The notes beneath the pieces are model-generated. The model was not told the origin of the DNA and made no database searches. It worked only from the letters and a program-made list of their open reading frames with translations. A program made the position numbers and the translations under genes. A DNA stretch of 51,647 nucleotides from NCBI GenBank assembly GCA_040757555.1, contig JBFLWN010000001.1, positions 119,128 to 170,774 of the forward strand, written 5' to 3'. Of this stretch, positions 9,915-17,478 are shown piece after piece; position 1 is the stretch's first letter; every line of letters starts with the position of its first letter. The DNA is from Patescibacteria group bacterium. Lineage in GTDB: Bacteria; Patescibacteriota; Minisyncoccia; UBA6257; GWB1-50-10.

Positions 9915-10268
9915 ATGAAAAATGCGTTTTTATTTATTTTTATCTCAGTAATTCTTTTTTCAGTTTCCGGATGTTTCAAAAAAGTCCCGGAAAAGGAGTT
10001 AAACAGAAATGCGGTAAGTGCAATGGAAAAGACACTTTCCATCGACAGCGCACAGTACAAAGGACGTTCATTTACTGTTGTCCTGAAGGAGAAAGCATCT
10101 CCTATAGCAAAATCCTTTCTTCTGAAAGACTCGGATAAAAATTTTATCATTCGTATTTTTACCGAAAAGGATATCGCTGAAGGAGATAAAATAAGTGGCA
10201 ATTCTTTGCAAGTGTTAAAATACCAAATGTCGAATACTTCGACAACGAGTTATTTTGTTTTTTATTAA
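9915..10268 (+). CDS. Hypothetical lipoprotein
   Basis: MK, hydrophobic stretch and VSGC lipobox; GGAG SD. Confidence 0.65.
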   Translation: MKNAFLFIFISVILFSVSGCFKKVPEKELNRNAVSAMEKTLSIDSAQYKGRSFTVVLKEKASPIAKSFLLKDSDKNFIIRIFTEKDIAEGDKISGNSLQVLKYQMSNTSTTSYFVFY

Positions 10269-10299
10269 AAATTAATAATAACCAAAACGGGAGTACATT

Positions 10300-10692
10300 A
10301 TGAAACGCTTTTCTTTATTATTTGTCTTAGTTGTTGCACTAATTTCTTTTTCCACCTCCACTGCTCAAACCCACTCAAAATTCATACAGAAATGTATCGA
10401 AAAGCACGCTGGGTTTTCCTGGGGTGTCGGCCTTGATAAAGAAATGAAAGAGTTTGAATGGTTCGCGTTTTACAACAGTGATGGTTACTATCAAATGGAA
10501 TTATCACGAAAACTAAAACCAACCGAAGTTGAAGAAATCTCGGAATGTGTCATTGAATATAGTGGCTCTTGGATTGGAATCGGCGGATTCGACGACTGGA
10601 GTAAAAAAGGAATTATAAAAACTGCAAAAAAATATAACAAACTACTCTCGGACAAGGTATTTAAAAAACTGAGAGTGGTAGAATATTTCTAG
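10300..10692 (+). CDS. Hypothetical secreted protein
   Basis: Signal-peptide-like N-terminus (MKRFSLLFVLVVALISFSTSTA); GGGAG SD. Confidence 0.65.
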   Translation: MKRFSLLFVLVVALISFSTSTAQTHSKFIQKCIEKHAGFSWGVGLDKEMKEFEWFAFYNSDGYYQMELSRKLKPTEVEEISECVIEYSGSWIGIGGFDDWSKKGIIKTAKKYNKLLSDKVFKKLRVVEYF

Positions 10693-10704
10693 TCTTCCAT
10701 AGTT

Positions 10705-10734
10705 AAAAGTGGCACCAATAAGTGTGCCACTTTT
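10705..10734. terminator. Terminator-like hairpin
   Basis: AAAAGTGGCAC-N8-GTGCCACTTTT after 10692. Confidence 0.75.
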
Positions 10735-10746
10735 TCACATCTTAGA

Positions 10747-10784
10747 TATAACATAATATTATCGAACGATATTTTTGTGTTATA
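10747..10784 (+). repeat. 38-bp dyad site, copy 2
   Basis: TATAACAT-AATATTA-TCG-AA-CGA-TATTTTT-GTGTTATA, lying between two terminator hairpins. Confidence 0.85.
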
Positions 10785-10797
10785 TCCCATAACAAAA

Positions 10798-10819
10798 ACC
10801 CCTCCGGAAAAGGAGGGGT
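10798..10819 (-). terminator. Terminator-like hairpin of hppA
   Basis: ACCCCTCC-N6-GGAGGGGT with a T-tract on the minus strand. Confidence 0.7.
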
Positions 10820-10843
10820 AAAATGTTTATTTCGAAACATTTA

Positions 10844-12880
10844 TTACATAAACAGTGTTGCAAGTGCGAGAGTGAGTGTGCTCAAGAGTTTAATAAGCAC
10901 GTGGAGTGATGGGCCCGCAGTATCCTTAAATGGATCACCGACGGTGTCCCCCGTCACTGCCGCTTTATGCGCATCGGATCCCTTTCCACCGAGATTCCCC
11001 TCTTCAATCCATTTCTTTGCGTTATCCCACGCGCCTCCCGCGTTATTCATAAATGTTGCGAGAAGAATTCCTGCGATAGTTCCCACCATCAAAAGTCCTG
11101 CAGCTGCTTCAGCTTTAAAAATAACCCCCACCGCTACCGGAAGTACAATCGCAAGAAGTCCAGGGAGCACCATTTCTTTCAATGCACTCTTTGTCGTGAT
11201 ATCGATCGCTTTCGAATAATCGGGTTTTTCTGTTCCTGCCATAATTCCCGGATGTTCTTTAAATTGTCTGCGCACTTCATTAATGATCGAATACGCTGCC
11301 CGCCCTACCGCACGAATTGCCAAACTCGAAAAAAGAAACACAAGCATCGCTCCCAACATCGCACCGATAAATACCGGCACTTTTGCAAGGTCGACAACGG
11401 TAATTTTTGCTTCTTCAAGATAGGCTGAGAACAACAAAAATGCCGCGAGCGCTGCTGATCCAATTGCATATCCTTTCGTAAGTGCTTTTGTGGTGTTTCC
11501 CGCTGAATCAAGTCTGTCGGTATTTTTTCTTATTGATTCCGGTGCGCCCGACATCTCAACAATTCCTCCTGCATTATCGACAATCGGACCAAACGTATCC
11601 ATTGCGAGAATATATGCCGCACTCGCAAGCATTCCCATGGTTGCGATTGCAGTTCCGTACAATCCCCCTCCTGGAATTCCCGAAAGCTCCCCAAATTTAT
11701 ATGAAGTGAAAAGTGCTACCACAATCGATATGACGGTAACCCCCACCGATTCAAGTCCAACGGCAAATCCCTGAATAATATTTGTTGCGTGTCCTGTTTT
11801 TGATGCTTCCGCAACTTCTCTCACTGGGCGATATTTCGATTCCGTATAATATTGAGTGAAATATACAAACGCAATCGACATCACAATACCAACGAGTCCC
11901 GATGCAAAGAACCACATATTTCCGAGAAGATATTTTGTCGCAAAATAAAATGCAATTGCCGAAAGAATACTCGCCACCCAATATCCTCGATCTAATGATT
12001 TCATTGGATCCTCATCTTCTTTTGGATTCACCACAAAAATACCAACAATTGATGCAATTAATCCTAATGCACGGACCACAAGGGGAAAAAGAATTCCATT
12101 TAATCCAAATACCGGATAAAGCGCAACCCCCAGAATCATTGCTCCAATATTTTCTGCTGCGGTTGATTCAAAAAGATCAGCTCCTCGTCCCGCACAATCT
12201 CCCACATTGTCTCCCACAAGGTCTGCAATAACCGCTGGATTTCGAGGATCATCTTCGGGAATACCCGCTTCAATTTTTCCCACAAGATCAGCTCCCACGT
12301 CGGCTGCTTTGGTGTAAATTCCCCCACCAAGTTGAGCAAATAATGCTACCAAACTCGCGCCGAATCCATATCCAACAATAAGATGTGGAATTTTGACCAC
12401 TTCATATCCAAGAAGTGTATAAATTTCGAATAATCCCGAGATGCCCAAAAGCGAAAGTGACACAATAGTAATTCCGGAGACCGCTCCTCCACGAAGGGCA
12501 ATAAGCAATGCTCCTCGAATTCCATTTTGTGCTTCTGCTGCTGAACGAATGTTTGTACGAACACTCATCCACATTCCCACAATTCCTGCTATTGCCGAAG
12601 AGACCGCCCCAATCACAAACGCGATTGCGGTTTTTGTTCCCATTCCAAGATCCCCCGAGGCACTATATGCCGCGACGAGCCCAATAGCCGATAGGGCAAT
12701 AATAATACCAATCGTCATGTACTGACGTTTTAAAAATGCATTTGCACCAACGCGAATCGCATCAGCCACCGCTTTCATTTTTTCGGTTCCCGTTTGTTTT
12801 TTTAACACTGCGAGAGCCATGTATGCCGCTACACCAAGCGAAAAAATAGCGACAACAATCGATAGAATGTTGTAGTTCAT
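10844..12880 (-). CDS. hppA: Membrane-bound proton-translocating pyrophosphatase, K+-independent signature
   Basis: GGGIYTKAADVGADLVGKIE, DNVGD, GNTTKA and GDTVGDPFKDTAGP; about 15 TM. Confidence 0.95.
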   Translation of the reverse strand: MNYNILSIVVAIFSLGVAAYMALAVLKKQTGTEKMKAVADAIRVGANAFLKRQYMTIGIIIALSAIGLVAAYSASGDLGMGTKTAIAFVIGAVSSAIAGIVGMWMSVRTNIRSAAEAQNGIRGALLIALRGGAVSGITIVSLSLLGISGLFEIYTLLGYEVVKIPHLIVGYGFGASLVALFAQLGGGIYTKAADVGADLVGKIEAGIPEDDPRNPAVIADLVGDNVGDCAGRGADLFESTAAENIGAMILGVALYPVFGLNGILFPLVVRALGLIASIVGIFVVNPKEDEDPMKSLDRGYWVASILSAIAFYFATKYLLGNMWFFASGLVGIVMSIAFVYFTQYYTESKYRPVREVAEASKTGHATNIIQGFAVGLESVGVTVISIVVALFTSYKFGELSGIPGGGLYGTAIATMGMLASAAYILAMDTFGPIVDNAGGIVEMSGAPESIRKNTDRLDSAGNTTKALTKGYAIGSAALAAFLLFSAYLEEAKITVVDLAKVPVFIGAMLGAMLVFLFSSLAIRAVGRAAYSIINEVRRQFKEHPGIMAGTEKPDYSKAIDITTKSALKEMVLPGLLAIVLPVAVGVIFKAEAAAGLLMVGTIAGILLATFMNNAGGAWDNAKKWIEEGNLGGKGSDAHKAAVTGDTVGDPFKDTAGPSLHVLIKLLSTLTLALATLFM

Positions 12881-12895
12881 AATGTGTTTATTTTT

Positions 12896-14140
12896 TTACT
12901 CTTCCTTTTTTTCTTCTGAAGACGAAGCGTCTTCGGTCGCACCTACCGGTGCATCTGCAATTCCTCCCTCCTGCACTTCATCGGGACGCGATTGAGATCG
13001 TACATCAATTTTCCATCCCGTGAGTTTTGCGGCGAGACGAACATTCTGCCCACCTTTTCCGATTGCAAGACTCAATTGATCCTCCGCAACAAGTACTCGG
13101 GCTTCTCGTTTTGGTAATGCTTCAACAAGTTTTACCTTCGCTGGAGAAAGTGAGTTCGCAATAAACTTTTCTGGATCCTCAGACCACTCAATAATATCAA
13201 TCTTCTCATTTCCTAATTCATTGGTTACCGCCATCACCCGCATTCCACGCTGACCCACCGCCGAACCAACCGGATCCACCCCCTCTTGATTTGATGCCAC
13301 TGCAATTTTTGCCCTACTCCCCGCTTCTCGTGCAATCTTTTTTATTGCGACAATATTATCAGCCATCTCCGGAATTTCCAACTCAAAAAGTTTTAACACA
13401 AAATTCGGATGCGCTCGAGAAAGCACAATTCCCGGCCTTCGTGGATCATCTTGTACCGCAAGCACATAAAATTTCATGCGCTGACCGATACGATAATGTT
13501 CTCCTGGAATATTTTCGTTGTAGAACATAATTCCAACGGCACGCCCAAGATCAACATATACGTTTCCGCGATCGAATCGCTGAACAATTCCGCTCACAAT
13601 TTCACCCTCTTTTCCCGCAAATTCCTGCTGAATAGAACTTCGTTCTGCTTCGCGAATACTCTGCAGAATAACTTGTTTTGCGGTCTGTGCCGCAATCCTT
13701 CCGAAATCTGCATGTGTTTCGAGTGGAAATATCATATCTTCACCCAATTGAATTTTTGGATTTATTGCACGCGCTTCCTCAAGAAAAATGTGTCGATCCG
13801 GATTATACCGCGGAAGCACCGTCTCATCTTCTTCCTCTTTTTCTATCTCTCTTCGTGTATCTTTTTTATCTTTCTCTCTTTCATTCTCTTTCTCGTCTTC
13901 TTCCTCCTCCACCACAATTCTTACTTCACTCGGATCAACCACTGTTTTCACCTGCCAAAAACGTATATCACCTTTTTTTACATCGAACTTCGCGTGAATC
14001 ACTTCAGATCGTTTCCGATATTCTTTTTTATATGCGGCCGCGATTGCAGATTCGACTGCCTCTAACACGCGATCTGCAGGAATTCCTTTTTCTCCTGCAA
14101 TTTGATCGATTGCTGTTGCAAGTGTTTTTATATCCATCAT
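12896..14140 (-). CDS. nusA: Transcription termination/antitermination factor NusA
   Basis: FGRIAAQTAKQVI, S1 and KH domains, LSLAIGKGGQNVRLAAKLTGWKID; start moved to 14140 (or 14137). Confidence 0.96.
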   Translation of the reverse strand: MMDIKTLATAIDQIAGEKGIPADRVLEAVESAIAAAYKKEYRKRSEVIHAKFDVKKGDIRFWQVKTVVDPSEVRIVVEEEEDEKENEREKDKKDTRREIEKEEEDETVLPRYNPDRHIFLEEARAINPKIQLGEDMIFPLETHADFGRIAAQTAKQVILQSIREAERSSIQQEFAGKEGEIVSGIVQRFDRGNVYVDLGRAVGIMFYNENIPGEHYRIGQRMKFYVLAVQDDPRRPGIVLSRAHPNFVLKLFELEIPEMADNIVAIKKIAREAGSRAKIAVASNQEGVDPVGSAVGQRGMRVMAVTNELGNEKIDIIEWSEDPEKFIANSLSPAKVKLVEALPKREARVLVAEDQLSLAIGKGGQNVRLAAKLTGWKIDVRSQSRPDEVQEGGIADAPVGATEDASSSEEKKEE

Positions 14141-14238
14141 ATATTTATTTTTTTCTGACCTTTCTAATAAATCACCGCTCGAAAGAGCGGTCAATCACTT
14201 CAAGTACAAGCGTACCATATTCGACAAAAAAATCAATA

Positions 14239-14613
14239 CTAAATATTTTCATAGTGGTGGACAATAAAATCATTTCCTACCCTTACGAGCGCCACCACAT
14301 CAAGTCGGAACCCGTTTTTATCATCCCACAAATCTTTGTGAGAATTTGCATATGAAAGCGCCATCTTTTTGAATTTCGAAACCTTTGATCCCGTCATTTG
14401 ATCTTCGGGTTGCACCCCTCCGGGAAAATATCCCTTCATTGTTTTTACTTCAACGAACACGAGTGTTCCATTGATATCCCGCGCAATAATATCCAACTCC
14501 CCAAATTTTTCACTCACATTTCTCGAAAGAATTTTCCAATACTTTTTCCTCAGATACGCGCACGCAAAATTTTCTCCTTCGTCGCCAAGACTTCTTTTGT
14601 CCGTCTTCGCCAT
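14239..14613 (-). CDS. yraN: YraN family (UPF0102) PD-(D/E)xK nuclease
   Basis: GDEGE, GELDII, LVFVEVKT and FRLDVV. Confidence 0.9.
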   Translation of the reverse strand: MAKTDKRSLGDEGENFACAYLRKKYWKILSRNVSEKFGELDIIARDINGTLVFVEVKTMKGYFPGGVQPEDQMTGSKVSKFKKMALSYANSHKDLWDDKNGFRLDVVALVRVGNDFIVHHYENI

Positions 14614-14646
14614 ATATTTATTATAAACCCATAAAATATGGGATGA

Positions 14647-14675
14647 TTGACAGTATAATAAATATGTATTAGAGT
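14647..14675 (+). promoter_or_regulatory. Putative sigma70 promoter
   Basis: TTGACA-N17-TAGAGT upstream of 14710. Confidence 0.55.
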
Positions 14676-14709
14676 ATGAACAGAAAATTTAAAATCAACG
14701 GAGAGTTAA

Positions 14710-14958
14710 ATGAATGTAATGCTTGATAAGCCAACTCCACTACATCTTTCCCGTATCGATTATCCGAAAAAAGAACATCCGGAAATATCTGGATGTTGTA
14801 ATCAGCCCACATTCACAACAATTGAGTCGATCTTTTTGATTGATAAGGACGGGGTAGTGAGAAGATTAGAAAACAAAAGAAAAGCTCTTATTTGCACAAA
14901 ATGCGGAAAAAAATTTCCCGTATATGCGCTCAAAAGAAAAATAGCGACGGAGGGATAG
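14710..14958 (+). CDS. Small hypothetical protein with a probable zinc ribbon
   Basis: GCC...CTKC cysteine pairs; GGAG SD. Confidence 0.6.
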   Translation: MNVMLDKPTPLHLSRIDYPKKEHPEISGCCNQPTFTTIESIFLIDKDGVVRRLENKRKALICTKCGKKFPVYALKRKIATEG

Positions 14959-15267
14959 GTGGAGAATATTTTTTTGATATATTTAATATCCCTTATGCTT
15001 ATCTTCTTTTCCGCACAGGAGAAAAAATGGAAGATAAAAAAGACAATATTTTTCAGCTTATTATTTTCTATTTCTGTAGGGCTTTTGTTTTACAAATTCA
15101 TCGGCGATAAGTATTTCATCCCAATTTTTTTCTCACTGTCTGCCGGATCTTGTGTTTTTGGATATTTCCTCAGACCTATTGGGAAGTTCTTTGTGAAGGG
15201 TATGGAGGTTTCTCATAAAACCGCAGACGGCTCGGATGAAGAAGGGGACAGAGATTATCGGTGGTAG
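14959..15267 (+). CDS. Small hypothetical membrane protein
   Basis: GTG start immediately after the previous stop, GGAGG SD, three TM segments and an acidic tail. Confidence 0.55.
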   Translation: MENIFLIYLISLMLIFFSAQEKKWKIKKTIFFSLLFSISVGLLFYKFIGDKYFIPIFFSLSAGSCVFGYFLRPIGKFFVKGMEVSHKTADGSDEEGDRDYRW

Positions 15268-15416
15268 AAATGTTTAGCGCTAAACATTTTTGTATTAAGA
15301 AATACAAAAACGTAGGTTTCATCGCATTATCGGGTTATTAGGAAAATGTTTAGCGCTAAACATTTTCTTAGATTAAAAACCGAAAGTGTAGGTTTTATCG
15401 CACTATCAGCTTCTTA
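15265..15416. repeat. Two-unit tandem repeat (period 76 bp) with a perfect palindrome
   Basis: AAATGTTTAGCGCTAAACATTT at 15268-15289 and 15344-15365; second block GTAGGTTTYATCGCAYTATC at 15312-15331 and 15388-15407. Confidence 0.9.
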
Positions 15417-15437
15417 AAAAAGGAAGCTGATTTTTTT
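15405..15437 (+). terminator. Intrinsic terminator
   Basis: ATCAGCTTC-N9-GAAGCTGAT followed by a T-run. Confidence 0.7.
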
Positions 15438-15483
15438 GATTTAACAGGTTTATCAGTTTTTTCGGTATTATAAAAAAATCCCC

Positions 15484-15834
15484 TTACTTTGGGGACTTTT
15501 TAAAAACTATAGGAAATTTACGCGTTCTCTGTAGAAATCTAAAGAGAAAAAATAAGTAAAGATGGAGGACTGCCATAAATCCATTAAACCATATGCAATC
15601 GCCGGAAAGCATTGGGCCATTATTTATTGATCCAAGTCGTGTGTGTATTGCCGCACAAAAAGATATCATAAAATGGTAACCGAATGGATATAAAAACAGA
15701 TTTAAATTTACTTTTTTAAAAGTTAAAAGAGACATAACCACAAGCCAAAAAAGTAAAACAAATAGGGAAATAATAAGCCACTCAAGATGATGTTGGGACC
15801 TGAAAAGAATTCCAAAAAATTCTATTTTCTGCAT
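15484..15834 (-). CDS. Hypothetical membrane protein
   Basis: 116 aa, three TM segments, GGAG SD, with its own promoter and terminator hairpin. Confidence 0.6.
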   Translation of the reverse strand: MQKIEFFGILFRSQHHLEWLIISLFVLLFWLVVMSLLTFKKVNLNLFLYPFGYHFMISFCAAIHTRLGSINNGPMLSGDCIWFNGFMAVLHLYLFFLFRFLQRTRKFPIVFKKSPK

Positions 15835-15875
15835 TCCATCTCCAATATTAAAAATGTTAATTAGTTACTAAAAAC

Positions 15876-15905
15876 AAAATACCACCAAATGGTGGTATGT
15901 GTCAA
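15876..15905 (-). promoter_or_regulatory. sigma70 promoter overlapped by a palindrome
   Basis: TTGACA-N18-TATTTT; ATACCACC-N4-GGTGGTAT at 15879-15898. Confidence 0.6.
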
Positions 15906-15925
15906 TCTAGTGATAAAAATTCAGC

Positions 15926-16606
15926 CTAGCGAAATATTTCCAATTTCATCCCATTTTTTCCCAACACAAGAAACGAAGAAGGGGAGTCGGTCCACGATCC
16001 GATATTGATATATCGAACACCTTTCACCATTTTATCCATATATTGATGAGTGTGTCCGCAAATAATCACCTGTGCTTTTCTATTCACTGCATGCTTCACC
16101 GCACCTTTTATGACACGGGGAGAAAGACGCAACCAAAATTTATACTGCTTTTTCATAAACCTGCTTGTGCGTCTTTTTCCTCGATCCATTTTTTGTAACA
16201 TACGATACGACGCATTCATTGTCACGCTCATAATTTTGTTTTTTATAAGAAACCTGTCATATTGGTGACCGTGTATTACCACGCATTTTTTTCCGTCAAA
16301 CATAAATTGAAGCTCGCGACATATTTTTATCCCGATCATCTGAAAAAAACTTTTTGCGAATCCATCATGATTTCCCTGAATCCAGATTACCTCCACATTT
16401 TTGTTCATGAGTGTCTGGAGAAGCGAGAGAAAATCCCAGTCGTCTTTTTTAAGACGTTTCGGATTTTCACTATCAAATATATCACCATCCAAAATGAGTC
16501 GCTTCAATGGAACGATTTTTAAAATCTTCATAAATTCCTTTACCCGTGAAATCTCGGAACCAATATGTATATCAGAAACGATAATAGTATCAATGTTTTT
16601 TTCCAT
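15926..16606 (-). CDS. Calcineurin-like metallophosphoesterase (LpxH/YbbF-like)
   Basis: SDIHIG, GDIFD, GNHD, HGHQYD, CGHTH and NIGSW. Confidence 0.88.
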   Translation of the reverse strand: MEKNIDTIIVSDIHIGSEISRVKEFMKILKIVPLKRLILDGDIFDSENPKRLKKDDWDFLSLLQTLMNKNVEVIWIQGNHDGFAKSFFQMIGIKICRELQFMFDGKKCVVIHGHQYDRFLIKNKIMSVTMNASYRMLQKMDRGKRRTSRFMKKQYKFWLRLSPRVIKGAVKHAVNRKAQVIICGHTHQYMDKMVKGVRYINIGSWTDSPSSFLVLGKNGMKLEIFR

Positions 16607-16656
16607 ATAATGTGGCGTGCATATAATCCATATGCACTGAAATGTATTTTTTCTTC

Positions 16657-17427
16657 CTAAGAAAGAAGTGATTGTATTACTTTTTTTGTCTCTTTTGGAG
16701 AGTTTACTTTTATATATTCTACACCGGTCTTCACTACCGGATAATCGTTCCCACCAGGAATAATCATATCACCAACAAATAGTATATCTTTTGTTTTTAC
16801 ATTGAAATACTTCTTCACTTTTTTTAGCCCATATGCCTTATCAATTCCTTCGCGAATTATATCAATGGAGGTAAGACCCGCAACCTTTGCATCAAATCCC
16901 GGCAACTTCCTTTCAAGAATATTTTTTATTTTTCCGCGCATATCGTGTTTTTTATTCCACTCGTTTTTTTCCGAAAGAGGGGCTTTTTGACCAAGTGCCG
17001 AAAATACCACCTCCGTTCCACGATATTCTATTATTTTTCCATGGCGATGTTGTGGACTCTTAAATCCAACTCGCTTCAAAACGGCGTAAAATTGTTTCAA
17101 AATTTCCGCCTCTTCTTTTTTTGATATACGAAGATTATACAATCTCACCCACCTGCTGTTTTTATAGACATAAAACATTGCGGCGTTCGTGGGAAGAAGA
17201 ACAAGATTTTTTAATACCGATGAAGTTTTTGAAAGTTTTGAAACAATCTGTTTTTTGAATAATGTATATTTTTCTCCACTCACTAAAACAACCTTTTTAT
17301 TCACCAATAATGCGGAAAGTAGTTTCGCCATCTCTTTATCAATCGGCATTTTACTCTTCGCAATGGTGCCATCAATATCAAAAATTATTATCTTTTTTCT
17401 CTTCAATAATCCTTTGGGGGTTTTCAT
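16657..17427 (-). CDS. HAD-IIB hydrolase resembling eukaryote-type phosphomannomutase
   Basis: FDIDGT, IEYRG...SALG, AGLTSIDI, DKAYG and GDMIIPGGNDY; start moved to MKTPK (17427), 7 nt after TATAAT. Confidence 0.82.
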   Translation of the reverse strand: MKTPKGLLKRKKIIIFDIDGTIAKSKMPIDKEMAKLLSALLVNKKVVLVSGEKYTLFKKQIVSKLSKTSSVLKNLVLLPTNAAMFYVYKNSRWVRLYNLRISKKEEAEILKQFYAVLKRVGFKSPQHRHGKIIEYRGTEVVFSALGQKAPLSEKNEWNKKHDMRGKIKNILERKLPGFDAKVAGLTSIDIIREGIDKAYGLKKVKKYFNVKTKDILFVGDMIIPGGNDYPVVKTGVEYIKVNSPKETKKVIQSLLS

Positions 17428-17478
17428 ACTATTCATTATAATTGAATAATTATTTAATTTAAGTTTAAATGAGTATAT

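Noticed and set aside
10746-10773. Canonical dif site
   Set aside because: TTATGTTATAT matches the XerD arm at 10/11, but the partner ATAA is 2 nt away rather than 6. The sequence is better explained as copy 2 of the 38-bp family.
13409-14355. Long antisense ORFs over nusA (also 39631-40248, 50541-51062 and similar)
   Set aside because: They lie opposite well-supported genes, have no motifs and show shadow-ORF composition.
15265-15416. CRISPR array
   Set aside because: Only two units, the intervening segments share a conserved 20-bp block, and there are no cas genes.
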